From NCBI GenBank assembly GCA_964573815.1, contig CAZNMJ010000003.1:1-44560 (forward strand): a DNA stretch of 44,560 nt, in the 5' to 3' direction. The stretch's first letter is position 1. Every line of letters starts with the position of its first letter. Positions 28,994 through 38,002 of this stretch are shown piece by piece. Below the pieces are notes generated by a model. The model was given only the letters and a program-made list of their open reading frames with translations. It did no database searches and had not been told where the DNA came from. The translations under genes were made by a program, and so were the position numbers. The stretch comes from an uncultured Anaerolineales bacterium (GTDB lineage: Bacteria; Chloroflexota; Anaerolineae; UBA7937; B3-Chlor).

Positions 28994-30442
28994 ATGCGTT
29001 TAGAGACAAGCGCACTCACTTCTCACTTCGGTCGTGCCGGAGTGGCCTTAACGGACGGGAAGACCGAGCTTACCTATCTGGAGTTGCCTCAGCAGATCGA
29101 GGCAGCGATCCACTCATTCAGGCAACAGGATGTCCGGAGTCTCGCGATCTACGCAAGGAACTCCATTGCCTGGTGCATCGCCTACCTGGCATGCCTTATT
29201 GCGGACATAAAAGTCTTCCCGGTGGCACGGCAGTCCAGCAGAAAGGTCCTGCTCGACCTTTGCCAGAGATGCCGGATAAACGCCATCCTCAGCGATGAAC
29301 CACTTGGCGATATCGGCCAGGACTGCGACCTTCTCCCCGGCCTCCCGGATATGTGGTTCACCCTGCTCAATAAGCTGGAATACACCCCACAGCTTTCCGA
29401 CGTTGTCACAGTGCTCTTCACATCAGGCACCACCGGCCAACACAAAGGCGTGATGCTGACCAAGGAAAACATCACGTGTAACGCGCAATCCGTGGTGCGT
29501 TATATGGGGTACTCTCCTCGCGATTGCCTGCTCGTGGTCAAACCCCTATGTCATTCATCGACGTTGACCGCAGAGTTCTTGGCTGGGATACAGAGTGGCG
29601 CGACGTTGTACATCATGAGAGAGAAGTTCAGCGCGCCCGGTGTTATGAAGGTTCTCAACGCTTCTCCCATCTCTATCCTCTGTGGTGTACCCACGATGTT
29701 TGTCCTGCTGGTGAGGCACGCCGCGAAATACGCGGGTGCATTGCGGGCCGTGTCCATCAGCGCATCACCGGCACATAGAGAACTGCTCTTGGACATACAG
29801 GAGACGTTTCGGTGTGATGTCTATCACGTTTATGGGCTCACTGAAGCATCACCTCGAGTCGCCTATCTCGACCCGAAGCACCTCGCGGCGAAATCCGGGT
29901 CAATCGGGAAGGCTATTCCCGATGTAGAGGTATGCTTGGTAGACAAGCAAGGGAATTCCATCAATGCCCCCCATTCCGTCGGGGAGCTTGTCGTGCAGGG
30001 TCGGAACGTCATGAAGGGCTACTACGGAGATGATGGACTCACGCGAGAAGTGCTGACAAATGGGTTGCTGCACACTGGGGACTTAGCCTACATGGATGAA
30101 GAAGGATTCTTGTACCTGTGTGGGAGGAAAGACGATATGATCGCACGGGGAGGAGTGAATATCTGGCCTGAACCAATCGAGCGCGCCATCAAGCAACTCG
30201 GCTACATTGAGGATGTGGCCGTCATCGGAGTCGAGAACTACCTCTTCTCGCAGAAGATAGTCGCGCTGGTCTCGTCGAGGGTTCCCATCGAGGAGAGCGA
30301 GATCGCCAAGATATGCCAAGCAAACGACGTGGTCTGTCCGGATGCCGTCGTTCGTGTCGATGCGGTGCCAAGGAACTCCGTGGGCAAGATTGACAGGGCT
30401 CTCCTGAGAGATCGCTGGTCCCGTGCCGGAAGTCCTCCTTAG
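28994..30442 (+). CDS. AMP-forming acyl-CoA/acyl-ACP ligase
   Basis: FTSGTTGQHKG, YGLTEA, HTGDL, GRKDD and GKIDR motifs. Confidence 0.92.
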   Translation: MRLETSALTSHFGRAGVALTDGKTELTYLELPQQIEAAIHSFRQQDVRSLAIYARNSIAWCIAYLACLIADIKVFPVARQSSRKVLLDLCQRCRINAILSDEPLGDIGQDCDLLPGLPDMWFTLLNKLEYTPQLSDVVTVLFTSGTTGQHKGVMLTKENITCNAQSVVRYMGYSPRDCLLVVKPLCHSSTLTAEFLAGIQSGATLYIMREKFSAPGVMKVLNASPISILCGVPTMFVLLVRHAAKYAGALRAVSISASPAHRELLLDIQETFRCDVYHVYGLTEASPRVAYLDPKHLAAKSGSIGKAIPDVEVCLVDKQGNSINAPHSVGELVVQGRNVMKGYYGDDGLTREVLTNGLLHTGDLAYMDEEGFLYLCGRKDDMIARGGVNIWPEPIERAIKQLGYIEDVAVIGVENYLFSQKIVALVSSRVPIEESEIAKICQANDVVCPDAVVRVDAVPRNSVGKIDRALLRDRWSRAGSPP

Positions 30443-30584
30443 GGGCTGAAGAGTCTCATCCCCCGTGGTACAGAAACGGGGAGCACCACATAGGCCGTGG
30501 GATTGACATGACGCGTGGCATCACGTGTCGGGGCAGGCCCCCTTTTTCTCACATTCTTTCAGCCGCCACTATGAGGAGTTCGCC

Positions 30585-31331
30585 ATGCCATCACCTTCAC
30601 TTCAGTCGCTCACCGAGGAGTTCCGCAAGCGGTATAGTCACGACTGTCAGGTGAATCAAGGAGCCAGTCTGATCATCCTGCAGGATGACGGTCTGTACTT
30701 CTCTCTCGTCAAGACGAAGTTCTGGAAACGCGCGGAGGCCGCAGCAGACAAGACAATCATCGATTTCAGTGGCATCGGGGGAGCCATCGAACACGGCGAA
30801 ACCCCCTTCGCCTGCCTGGAAAGAGAGCTTCGGGAAGAAATCCAACTCCCTCTGAGCGCCTTTCGCTTTGCCTTTCCGAGGAAGACGCTCCTCCTCAATC
30901 CCGATGATCACCTGGAGGAGATCTCCTTCGCGGAGGATGCTGACGAACCAGCCCCCATTTACGTGCTAGAGTTGCTCCTCCCCTTGCGGAGCGACGCGAA
31001 GGATGAGGGAAAGACCCACTCGTGTCTGCAGTTGTTCGTGTACTTGGCCGAGTTGAAAGATGGACATCACCCCCTGCTCTCAGACAGAGAGGACATACCG
31101 GCCTTGTTATTCGTGCGGGCCGGGGCACTCGAGGCGCTGCTGCGGGGAGAGCTAGAGGTGTGGAACGGACAAACCCCAGACGGGTTGACCCTCTTTTGGA
31201 GGAAGGAGAAGTTCGCCCTTCCCGACCATATCGTTCTCACACCGAAGTTCACCCCGTCAGGATTAAGGGAAGCGCGGCTAAGCTTTGACATGTTGACCGA
31301 CATGCTTCGCGACACGAGCGAGAGGAGCTGA
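30585..31331 (+). CDS. NUDIX hydrolase
   Basis: Nudix box GGAIEHGETPFACLERELREEI; GAGGAG before ATG 30585. Confidence 0.8.
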   Translation: MPSPSLQSLTEEFRKRYSHDCQVNQGASLIILQDDGLYFSLVKTKFWKRAEAAADKTIIDFSGIGGAIEHGETPFACLERELREEIQLPLSAFRFAFPRKTLLLNPDDHLEEISFAEDADEPAPIYVLELLLPLRSDAKDEGKTHSCLQLFVYLAELKDGHHPLLSDREDIPALLFVRAGALEALLRGELEVWNGQTPDGLTLFWRKEKFALPDHIVLTPKFTPSGLREARLSFDMLTDMLRDTSERS

Positions 31332-31333
31332 GG

Positions 31334-32797
31334 ATGATACTCAACCGCGACAACCATACGCTGGCAAGAGAGTATCTCAAGAAGATCGTTGATACCTGCA
31401 TTGATTTCAAGTTGCAGGAATGCGTCCGTTCTGAGGTGATTGAGCAGGCCGCGGGGCAGAGCCTCCTGGAGGCAATGCCTCAAGAAGGCATGGAGTTGCG
31501 GGGTGTCCTCAAAGAGTTTGAGGAGAGGCTGCTTCGCTACTGTACGAATTTCAGTTGCCGCAATTTCATGGGGTTTCCGGATAGTGGCAACTCCGTCGCC
31601 GCGATGGCGGGAGCGATCTTCGCCGAACTGTTGCAGCAGAACCTGATCAACCAGTCCTTCTGTGGGCCCTCGGCAACCTTTGCGGAGATAGCCGTCATTC
31701 AGTGGCTCCGCGAGGTGGTTGATTATCCGGTCTCCTCCATAGATACCATCTGGGACGTCGGCGGCGTGATCACGCCTGGAGGTACGTCGAGCAATGCGAT
31801 CGCGGTCATGCTCGCGCGGGAGAACCACGCTCCGGGAACCATGGAACGCGGCCTCTGCGACCCCAGCAGGTTCAAGATCATCATGCCGACCCAGATAGGC
31901 CACTACAGCATCCGGAGTAGTCAGATGTGGCTCGGGTGCGGCGACCACATTGTGGAGGTCCCGATCGAGGGCTTCAAGATGGACCTTCATGGCCTTGCGG
32001 AAGCTCTCCAGCGGAACCAGGGGAAGACCATGATGGTGGTGGCCTACGCCGGTGACAGTCGTACCATGGCGATTGACAATCTCCCCGAAGTGCACGACCT
32101 CGTGAAGAACTTCGATGAAAACATCTGGCTGCACGCGGATGCCTGCCACGGATTCAGCCTTGGGTTCAGCACCCAGCTGAAGCACAAGATACGCGGCATC
32201 GAGCTCTTCGATAGTGTGAGCACTGATCCCCACAAAGTACTGTGCTGTCCGTACGTCGTCAGCGCCGTCTTGGTCAAGGACCCTCAGCGTCTGAGATCCA
32301 TAACCAGCAAGTCCGACCTGATCATGCGCGAGGATTTCGCATTTGGCCAAGTCACGCCTTTCCTTGGTTCTCGCAACTGGGCCTCGCTAAAACTGTGGTT
32401 TCTGATCAAGTCTCTCGGGAGACAGGGGCTGGGCGAGATTATTGAGAGGCGGCACTCCTTGGCGCAGTACTTGCACCGTGAACTAGTGTCCCTGGATCAT
32501 TACGTTGTACTGAACGAGGTCAGCATCAACTCCGTGATGTTCATGTACAGAAGACCCGGAATGCATGATCTGGACGTCACGAATACGTTGAATCGCAACC
32601 TTCACCAACGCATCATCAATGAAGGCAAGTACCACCTGCACCAATTCCCGGTAGTAGACAACAACGGCGCGCTGGAAAAGAATGCCGTTGTCTATCCGCT
32701 CAGGTTCATGTGCGGGAACCCAAATAGCACCGAGGGGGACATTGACAACCTCATTGCGTACGTTGACGCGACCGCCAAGAGCCTCGGAGGCAAATGA
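31334..32797 (+). CDS. Group II PLP-dependent decarboxylase
   Basis: GGTSSN, HYSI, WLHADACHG and DPHK motifs. Confidence 0.92.
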   Translation: MILNRDNHTLAREYLKKIVDTCIDFKLQECVRSEVIEQAAGQSLLEAMPQEGMELRGVLKEFEERLLRYCTNFSCRNFMGFPDSGNSVAAMAGAIFAELLQQNLINQSFCGPSATFAEIAVIQWLREVVDYPVSSIDTIWDVGGVITPGGTSSNAIAVMLARENHAPGTMERGLCDPSRFKIIMPTQIGHYSIRSSQMWLGCGDHIVEVPIEGFKMDLHGLAEALQRNQGKTMMVVAYAGDSRTMAIDNLPEVHDLVKNFDENIWLHADACHGFSLGFSTQLKHKIRGIELFDSVSTDPHKVLCCPYVVSAVLVKDPQRLRSITSKSDLIMREDFAFGQVTPFLGSRNWASLKLWFLIKSLGRQGLGEIIERRHSLAQYLHRELVSLDHYVVLNEVSINSVMFMYRRPGMHDLDVTNTLNRNLHQRIINEGKYHLHQFPVVDNNGALEKNAVVYPLRFMCGNPNSTEGDIDNLIAYVDATAKSLGGK

Positions 32798-34611
32798 CCG
32801 TCATGGGCACCGCAAGGAACACCATATCAGCGCTCGCCGATAGGTACGTCACTGAGATCAACCGCCACCTCGGCGGCTTCGATCCCATCGTGCTGCTCTA
32901 TGGTTCTTCCGTCGAGGGCGCAGATACGAGCGACTTTGACGTTTGTAGCGTCCTGCACCACTACGGGCCAGCAGAGGTGGACCTGATCAAGCGCCTGACG
33001 ATCGACTTTCATGTGCAGAACGGCCTCAAGATAGATGACGAAGTTCCCTTCGAGCAGAAGTGCGTTTACTCGTACCATGATATTGAGATGGTGCTGAACA
33101 TACCGCCGTTTCCAATACGCCGAGGTAAGTTCTACATACCCGACATCCAGAAGTCACCGCAGTATCTATCGTCTCGCGAGATGAAGTTTCGACTGCTCCT
33201 GAATATCCTGACCACGCATGCCAGAGTGCTAACGGGAAACGAGCGCATCATCGATGGATACAGACGTCGCGCGTGGGCCACCCTGATTGGGATCATCTAC
33301 TCCTACACCGGAAACCGGCCCATGTCGGTCCAGGAATGTGTCGCCGCCATCTGCCGAGATCCTCACGATGGACGTCACGGAGAGGAGTATCTGGGATACG
33401 ACGACACGGACCCCGATCTCTTGGCTCACCTTCATCACTGTGCGGCGGCGGCCTTTGACAGCCTCTTGGCCGAGGGAAGGATGATCCAGAATGGTCCCGA
33501 CGGATACTGCTGTGCAGATTCCTGGCTGCAAACCATGATACGCGTCGCACATTGTGCTGCCGTCCAGCAGTACGATTTTCAACTACACGAATACGAGAAG
33601 ATGAAAGGACATGACTTCTCGGAGAATGCCAATCCTCTGGGCCCGACCCAGCTTGTTCAAAGCGCCCTCCGCGCCTGCTCCGAGTACATCAATGTCTACC
33701 CGGATTACCGGAACATCGAGGCCAACGAGTGTCTGGCGACATTCTTCTCTGTCCCGGTGGAGAACGTCGCGATCGCGAACGGTTCGTTGGAGGCTATTTT
33801 CGCCCTGCCGCGGTTGCTCGATGCAAGTGCACCCAGCGTAGTCGTACCGACGTATTGGGGATACGAAGCCGCGTTGAAGGCGATGGGGGCCGAACCAGGC
33901 CGCCTCTACATTGACGACACCCTTGAGTTCAATGACGCCGCAATCGGCCGACAGGCCTCCCGGAGTTCGTTGCTCTTCCTGTGCAACCCCAACAATCCTA
34001 CCTCTTCCTATATCACTAAAGCGCGGTTGCAGCGGATCGTTCAGGAGCATCCCACCTGTCACTTCATCGTAGACGAGTCTCACCTGATGCTACACCACAA
34101 CTACTCTGAGGAAACGTTGAGCTCTCACGTGGAGGAGCTGGGGAATGTCTCGCTCGTATACTCCCTCTCGAAGCTGTTCAGCGTGGCTGGTCTACGAGTA
34201 GGTGGCCTGGTCTCCAATGCGCGTCTGATAGAAGCCTTCAAGCAATGGCAGGTGCCCTACTCGCTGAACACCATCTCTCAGGTGCTGTTCCCGCTCATTA
34301 TGAATGATGCTGACTTTGTCGCGCAGACGCGGTCGGAGATTCATGTGCTCGTGCAGGAGCTGTTCGTCAGCCTGCAGGAGTTCCGGTGGCTGAAGGTGAG
34401 GCCGAGCGTGACGAATTTCCTCTTGTGCGAAGTGACGAGAGGGATAACGGCCATGGAGTTGGCAGAGCGGCTCCGCGAACGGGGGATGTTCATCCGAGAG
34501 CTGAAGTCATGCTATCCCGACCTTGCCGGGGAGTGGGTGCGGATATCGGTAGGTACCCGGGAGCTCAACAAGTTGCTGGTCCGCGAGATCAGAGCGCTTG
34601 GGATATCGTAA
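32794..34611 (+). CDS. Nucleotidyltransferase-like domain fused to class I/II PLP aminotransferase (HisC/CobD-like)
   Basis: N-terminal LYGSS...SDFD; C-terminal ENANPLG, YPD, CNPNNPT, DES and SLSK.F...GLRVG. Confidence 0.85.
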   Translation: MTVMGTARNTISALADRYVTEINRHLGGFDPIVLLYGSSVEGADTSDFDVCSVLHHYGPAEVDLIKRLTIDFHVQNGLKIDDEVPFEQKCVYSYHDIEMVLNIPPFPIRRGKFYIPDIQKSPQYLSSREMKFRLLLNILTTHARVLTGNERIIDGYRRRAWATLIGIIYSYTGNRPMSVQECVAAICRDPHDGRHGEEYLGYDDTDPDLLAHLHHCAAAAFDSLLAEGRMIQNGPDGYCCADSWLQTMIRVAHCAAVQQYDFQLHEYEKMKGHDFSENANPLGPTQLVQSALRACSEYINVYPDYRNIEANECLATFFSVPVENVAIANGSLEAIFALPRLLDASAPSVVVPTYWGYEAALKAMGAEPGRLYIDDTLEFNDAAIGRQASRSSLLFLCNPNNPTSSYITKARLQRIVQEHPTCHFIVDESHLMLHHNYSEETLSSHVEELGNVSLVYSLSKLFSVAGLRVGGLVSNARLIEAFKQWQVPYSLNTISQVLFPLIMNDADFVAQTRSEIHVLVQELFVSLQEFRWLKVRPSVTNFLLCEVTRGITAMELAERLRERGMFIRELKSCYPDLAGEWVRISVGTRELNKLLVREIRALGIS

Positions 34612-34755
34612 GATGATGGATCTGGCCGGAGCCTCCGGCCGCGTTAGGGTGTCCCGTCACTCCCGCGTGCGCGCTGCGGCGTTGGGGGTGGTGCGTTGCT
34701 CGGCTTGCTCTTCCCGCGGGGCTGGCGATACTGATATTGGGAGGATGGCAGAGCG

Positions 34756-36057
34756 ATGAACGTACTGATGGTGTGGCCGGAGGAATCCTATACAATGCCT
34801 ATGCACACGAAGATCCCCAAGCGGTGGGCCTACTTCGTGGAGATTGCCTCCTACCTGAAACGCATGAACTATACCGTGCGAACGATAGATTGCCTCAACC
34901 CGGAGATCTCTCACGGGGAGGTGTTCGCGGCGTTATCGGGGACGAGGTACGACGTGGTGATCATGATCGCCCGGATAGAAAGCGCTCGGTCAATACGGCG
35001 ACTGGCGCCGACGATCCGGCAGCTCGCACCGGAAACGAAAGTGATCATCTATGGCGACATTTCGAACTATGCCCCGAACTTCTTCATGGTTCACGGCGTG
35101 GACGCCGTTGTCATGGACGGAGATTGGGAATGCGCCATCGTCGACTATCTCAAATACGTTGCGGGCGAGATAGAGGAAGCTGAGATGTGCGGGGTCAGCT
35201 ACCGCCGTGATGGGGTGTGGCATACGGCGCGCAAGGGACGTGAGGTGCCGAATAACGGTTGGAGTTTCCCCAACCGCACTCTAAATCCGGCCGACTCAGC
35301 ATTGTACCTGTCCATCACCGACGGCGAGTTGACCATGAGTGTCTCTCGGGGGTGTCCGTTCAACTGCCATTTCTGCCCGGCGGTTATTACGTTTCGGGAG
35401 CATGATAGAAGAAAGCATCCCGATGAGATCATCGAGTACGTTCAGCGCCACCAGCAATCGGTCGCAGCGTTCAAGTTCTTCTCCCCCACTTTCACCATTG
35501 ATGTCGATTGGGTCAAGGGCTTCTGCCACGCCTTGCTCTCTTCCGGATGTCGTATCCGATGGTCAGCCACGACCCGGCCGAACTGTCTGGGAGACGAGGA
35601 GATGGTACGACTCATGAGCGAGAGCGGTTGCTATAAGCTGGCTATAGGGGTCGAGACGCTCGACTCGGATTCGACGCGGTCCTTGGGGAAGTTCTCCGTA
35701 GCGGATCACGTTGAGCAGACGCGGGAGGCGATATTGCTGCTGAGAAGATACAACATCGAGGCCAAAGCCCTGATGATGCTCGGCATTGAGGGGCAGACGG
35801 CCACGAACATCTACCGGACGTTCTCGCTGCTCCAACAATGGGGGGCTGATATCCGAGCGGCATCTTACTCGCCCCGGGATATCCTGAAGGTTAAGGATAC
35901 AGAGGGCACCCTCGAGGTCGATGAGATAGAGCTGCTGGATAAGATGGTCTATCAGCACGTGGCGATCCCCGGGATGACTAGAACCCAGTACCTTAACTTG
36001 GTATACAATACGCACGAGTACGGGAAGATACTCAACCAGCCTCGAGAGCAACGGTAG
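34756..36057 (+). CDS. Cobalamin-binding-like radical SAM enzyme
   Basis: SRGCPFNCHFC and GVET; N-terminal Rossmann-like domain; GGAGG upstream. Confidence 0.88.
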   Translation: MNVLMVWPEESYTMPMHTKIPKRWAYFVEIASYLKRMNYTVRTIDCLNPEISHGEVFAALSGTRYDVVIMIARIESARSIRRLAPTIRQLAPETKVIIYGDISNYAPNFFMVHGVDAVVMDGDWECAIVDYLKYVAGEIEEAEMCGVSYRRDGVWHTARKGREVPNNGWSFPNRTLNPADSALYLSITDGELTMSVSRGCPFNCHFCPAVITFREHDRRKHPDEIIEYVQRHQQSVAAFKFFSPTFTIDVDWVKGFCHALLSSGCRIRWSATTRPNCLGDEEMVRLMSESGCYKLAIGVETLDSDSTRSLGKFSVADHVEQTREAILLLRRYNIEAKALMMLGIEGQTATNIYRTFSLLQQWGADIRAASYSPRDILKVKDTEGTLEVDEIELLDKMVYQHVAIPGMTRTQYLNLVYNTHEYGKILNQPREQR

Positions 36058-36106
36058 CTCTGGCGACGGCTCCCATACAGTACAGCTTCCGTTGAGGATC
36101 ATTGGG

Positions 36107-36790
36107 ATGAAACAGATAGATGTCATGCTCTGGGATATCGGCAATGTCTTGCTGCAAGGGATACATGAGGAGTTGGCCGAGTGCATCTTCAGCAAGAGGA
36201 AGAGCGACCTCTCGCGCGAGGAGTTTGGGAAGTCCTTGGCCGCCATATTGGATGAGTCGTTCTATGGCCTGGCGACCTTGGACGAGACATGGCATAGGAT
36301 GCTTGATCTGGTGAATGTCACCGATCAGCAGGAGGCGCAGGCTATCAAGTCGTCCATTGTCGTCAATAGGAACGAGGCGCTGATAGCCCACCTCCACGAC
36401 TTTCGCGCGCAGGGTTACCGGCTGGGGATTGCGTCAGACCTCAGCCAGATTGGCCTTAGTATCGTGATGGAGCGTTACCAGGATGTGCTTGGCATCTGCG
36501 AGCGCGACCTGGTGTTCATTTCTGTTTACTTGGGGCTCACCAAGGTAAGAGACGGAGCGGCCTGGTTCACGCACGTCCTTGAGGGGCTTGATGTCAAGCC
36601 GGAGAGAGTGCTGTTTATCGACGATGACCAGCGAACGATAAGTGTTGCCAAGGGCCTCGGCATAACCAGCCTGTGGTATCCTAGGGATAAGGCCGAGGAG
36701 GGTTGGTCATCGGCCAACGATCAACTGCTAGTTCGGTTGGTGGAGCTAGGAGTCGAACCGGCCCAGCTCGGAGGAGGAGCCGCGCGGTAG
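36107..36790 (+). CDS. HAD-superfamily hydrolase
   Basis: WDIGNVL motif I, K motif and LFIDD motif IV. Confidence 0.85.
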   Translation: MKQIDVMLWDIGNVLLQGIHEELAECIFSKRKSDLSREEFGKSLAAILDESFYGLATLDETWHRMLDLVNVTDQQEAQAIKSSIVVNRNEALIAHLHDFRAQGYRLGIASDLSQIGLSIVMERYQDVLGICERDLVFISVYLGLTKVRDGAAWFTHVLEGLDVKPERVLFIDDDQRTISVAKGLGITSLWYPRDKAEEGWSSANDQLLVRLVELGVEPAQLGGGAAR

Positions 36791-36895
36791 GAAGCTTCAG
36801 GGCTGGTCTCCCCGCGACTAATGTCTTCCGTACTGGTTGTGGGAGGCGGCCTCGGTTAGGCTGGTCTGCCTCCCGTTGCCTAACAAGAGACGAAC

Positions 36896-37780
36896 ATGCA
36901 AGCAAGCGTAATAATCCCGGTATACAACCAGCTGACCCAACTGATGCTCACTCTGCACGGCTTCAACGCACAGGTCGCTGACACTAGTGTCTTTGAGGTC
37001 ATCATCGCGGACGACGGTTCAGACACGGCCGTGTCCATTGACGAGCGACTCTTTGGATTCCCTTGGCGTATCGTCCGCCAGGAACATGGCGGACGGGCCG
37101 CGGCCAGAAATTTCGCCATAGCCGCGGCGCAGGGCAAGATCATAATCATGAATGATGCCGATAGGATTCCTTCTTCCCTTTTTGTCGCAGAGCATTTGAA
37201 AGCGCACACTACTCAACCTGGTGCGGTGGTAATAGGGAATCCGAGAGAGCTGTACTTCTCGGAGATAGAGAAGAAGTCGCATGCTATCGTCCAGCTGATT
37301 CGTGAAGGAAAGATTGTTAAGAAGTCAAGAGGCTATTTGTATGCGAAAAGAACTAGTAACTTGTTCGCCGCGAGTGGCAATACGACCAGCAAAATACCTT
37401 GGATCAGCTTTTTCTCTGGGAACGCTTCCGTCAGTAAGCAGACCCTGGCACTGGTAGGAGGTTTTAGCAACCTTTTCCGTACATGGGGGTGCGAACACTT
37501 TGAGCTCGGTTATCGCTTGTACCAACGCGGCTTCCCGTTCTTCCTCGCGCGCCGCGCGACGAACTGTCATCTCGCTCACGCGCGATCTCTCCAGTTCTAT
37601 AGGAAGCATTTCCAGGAGAGCATACAACTATTTTCCAAAACAACTGGCGATAGCAGGGTGCTCAGGCTATATGATTTCCTGATCGGGCGTATCTCTCTAC
37701 AACAGCTCGAGGAGATCTTCGGCGGGGGAAGGGAAGCCTTTGCGAACATACCTGACATCTTCTTCCGGTTGCCGAGATGA
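36896..37780 (+). CDS. Glycosyltransferase family 2
   Basis: SVIIPVYN, DDGS, AARN, DAD and WGCEHFELGYRL motifs. Confidence 0.92.
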   Translation: MQASVIIPVYNQLTQLMLTLHGFNAQVADTSVFEVIIADDGSDTAVSIDERLFGFPWRIVRQEHGGRAAARNFAIAAAQGKIIIMNDADRIPSSLFVAEHLKAHTTQPGAVVIGNPRELYFSEIEKKSHAIVQLIREGKIVKKSRGYLYAKRTSNLFAASGNTTSKIPWISFFSGNASVSKQTLALVGGFSNLFRTWGCEHFELGYRLYQRGFPFFLARRATNCHLAHARSLQFYRKHFQESIQLFSKTTGDSRVLRLYDFLIGRISLQQLEEIFGGGREAFANIPDIFFRLPR

Positions 37781-38002
37781 CCAGCCACCTTGGCGAGAGT
37801 GTCGCGTGCGTATACGTCTGGTGGTGGGGTTTAGCCACGGTCTAGCACCCCCATGCTCCGTTGCGCGTTATCAGGCGCTCTGTCTCCCTCTTTGTGCGCG
37901 GCTTGCTAGACGATGACAGTTTCAGTTCCCCCGCATCCCCCATACTCCGCCCGCGGTAATCGCTTCCCCCGATTCTTCAGGTGCGGGACGGTACTGGAGC
38001 AC

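Noticed and set aside
30503-30550. TTGACA and a GGGG/CCCC hairpin with T-run before the NUDIX gene
   Set aside because: No matching -10, and the stem is too short to call a terminator or riboswitch
31067-32350. 427-aa minus-strand ORF
   Set aside because: Antisense shadow of the decarboxylase
34648-34675. GTGTCCCGTCAC as a fourth recombination site
   Set aside because: Only one arm matches; the spacer and second arm do not
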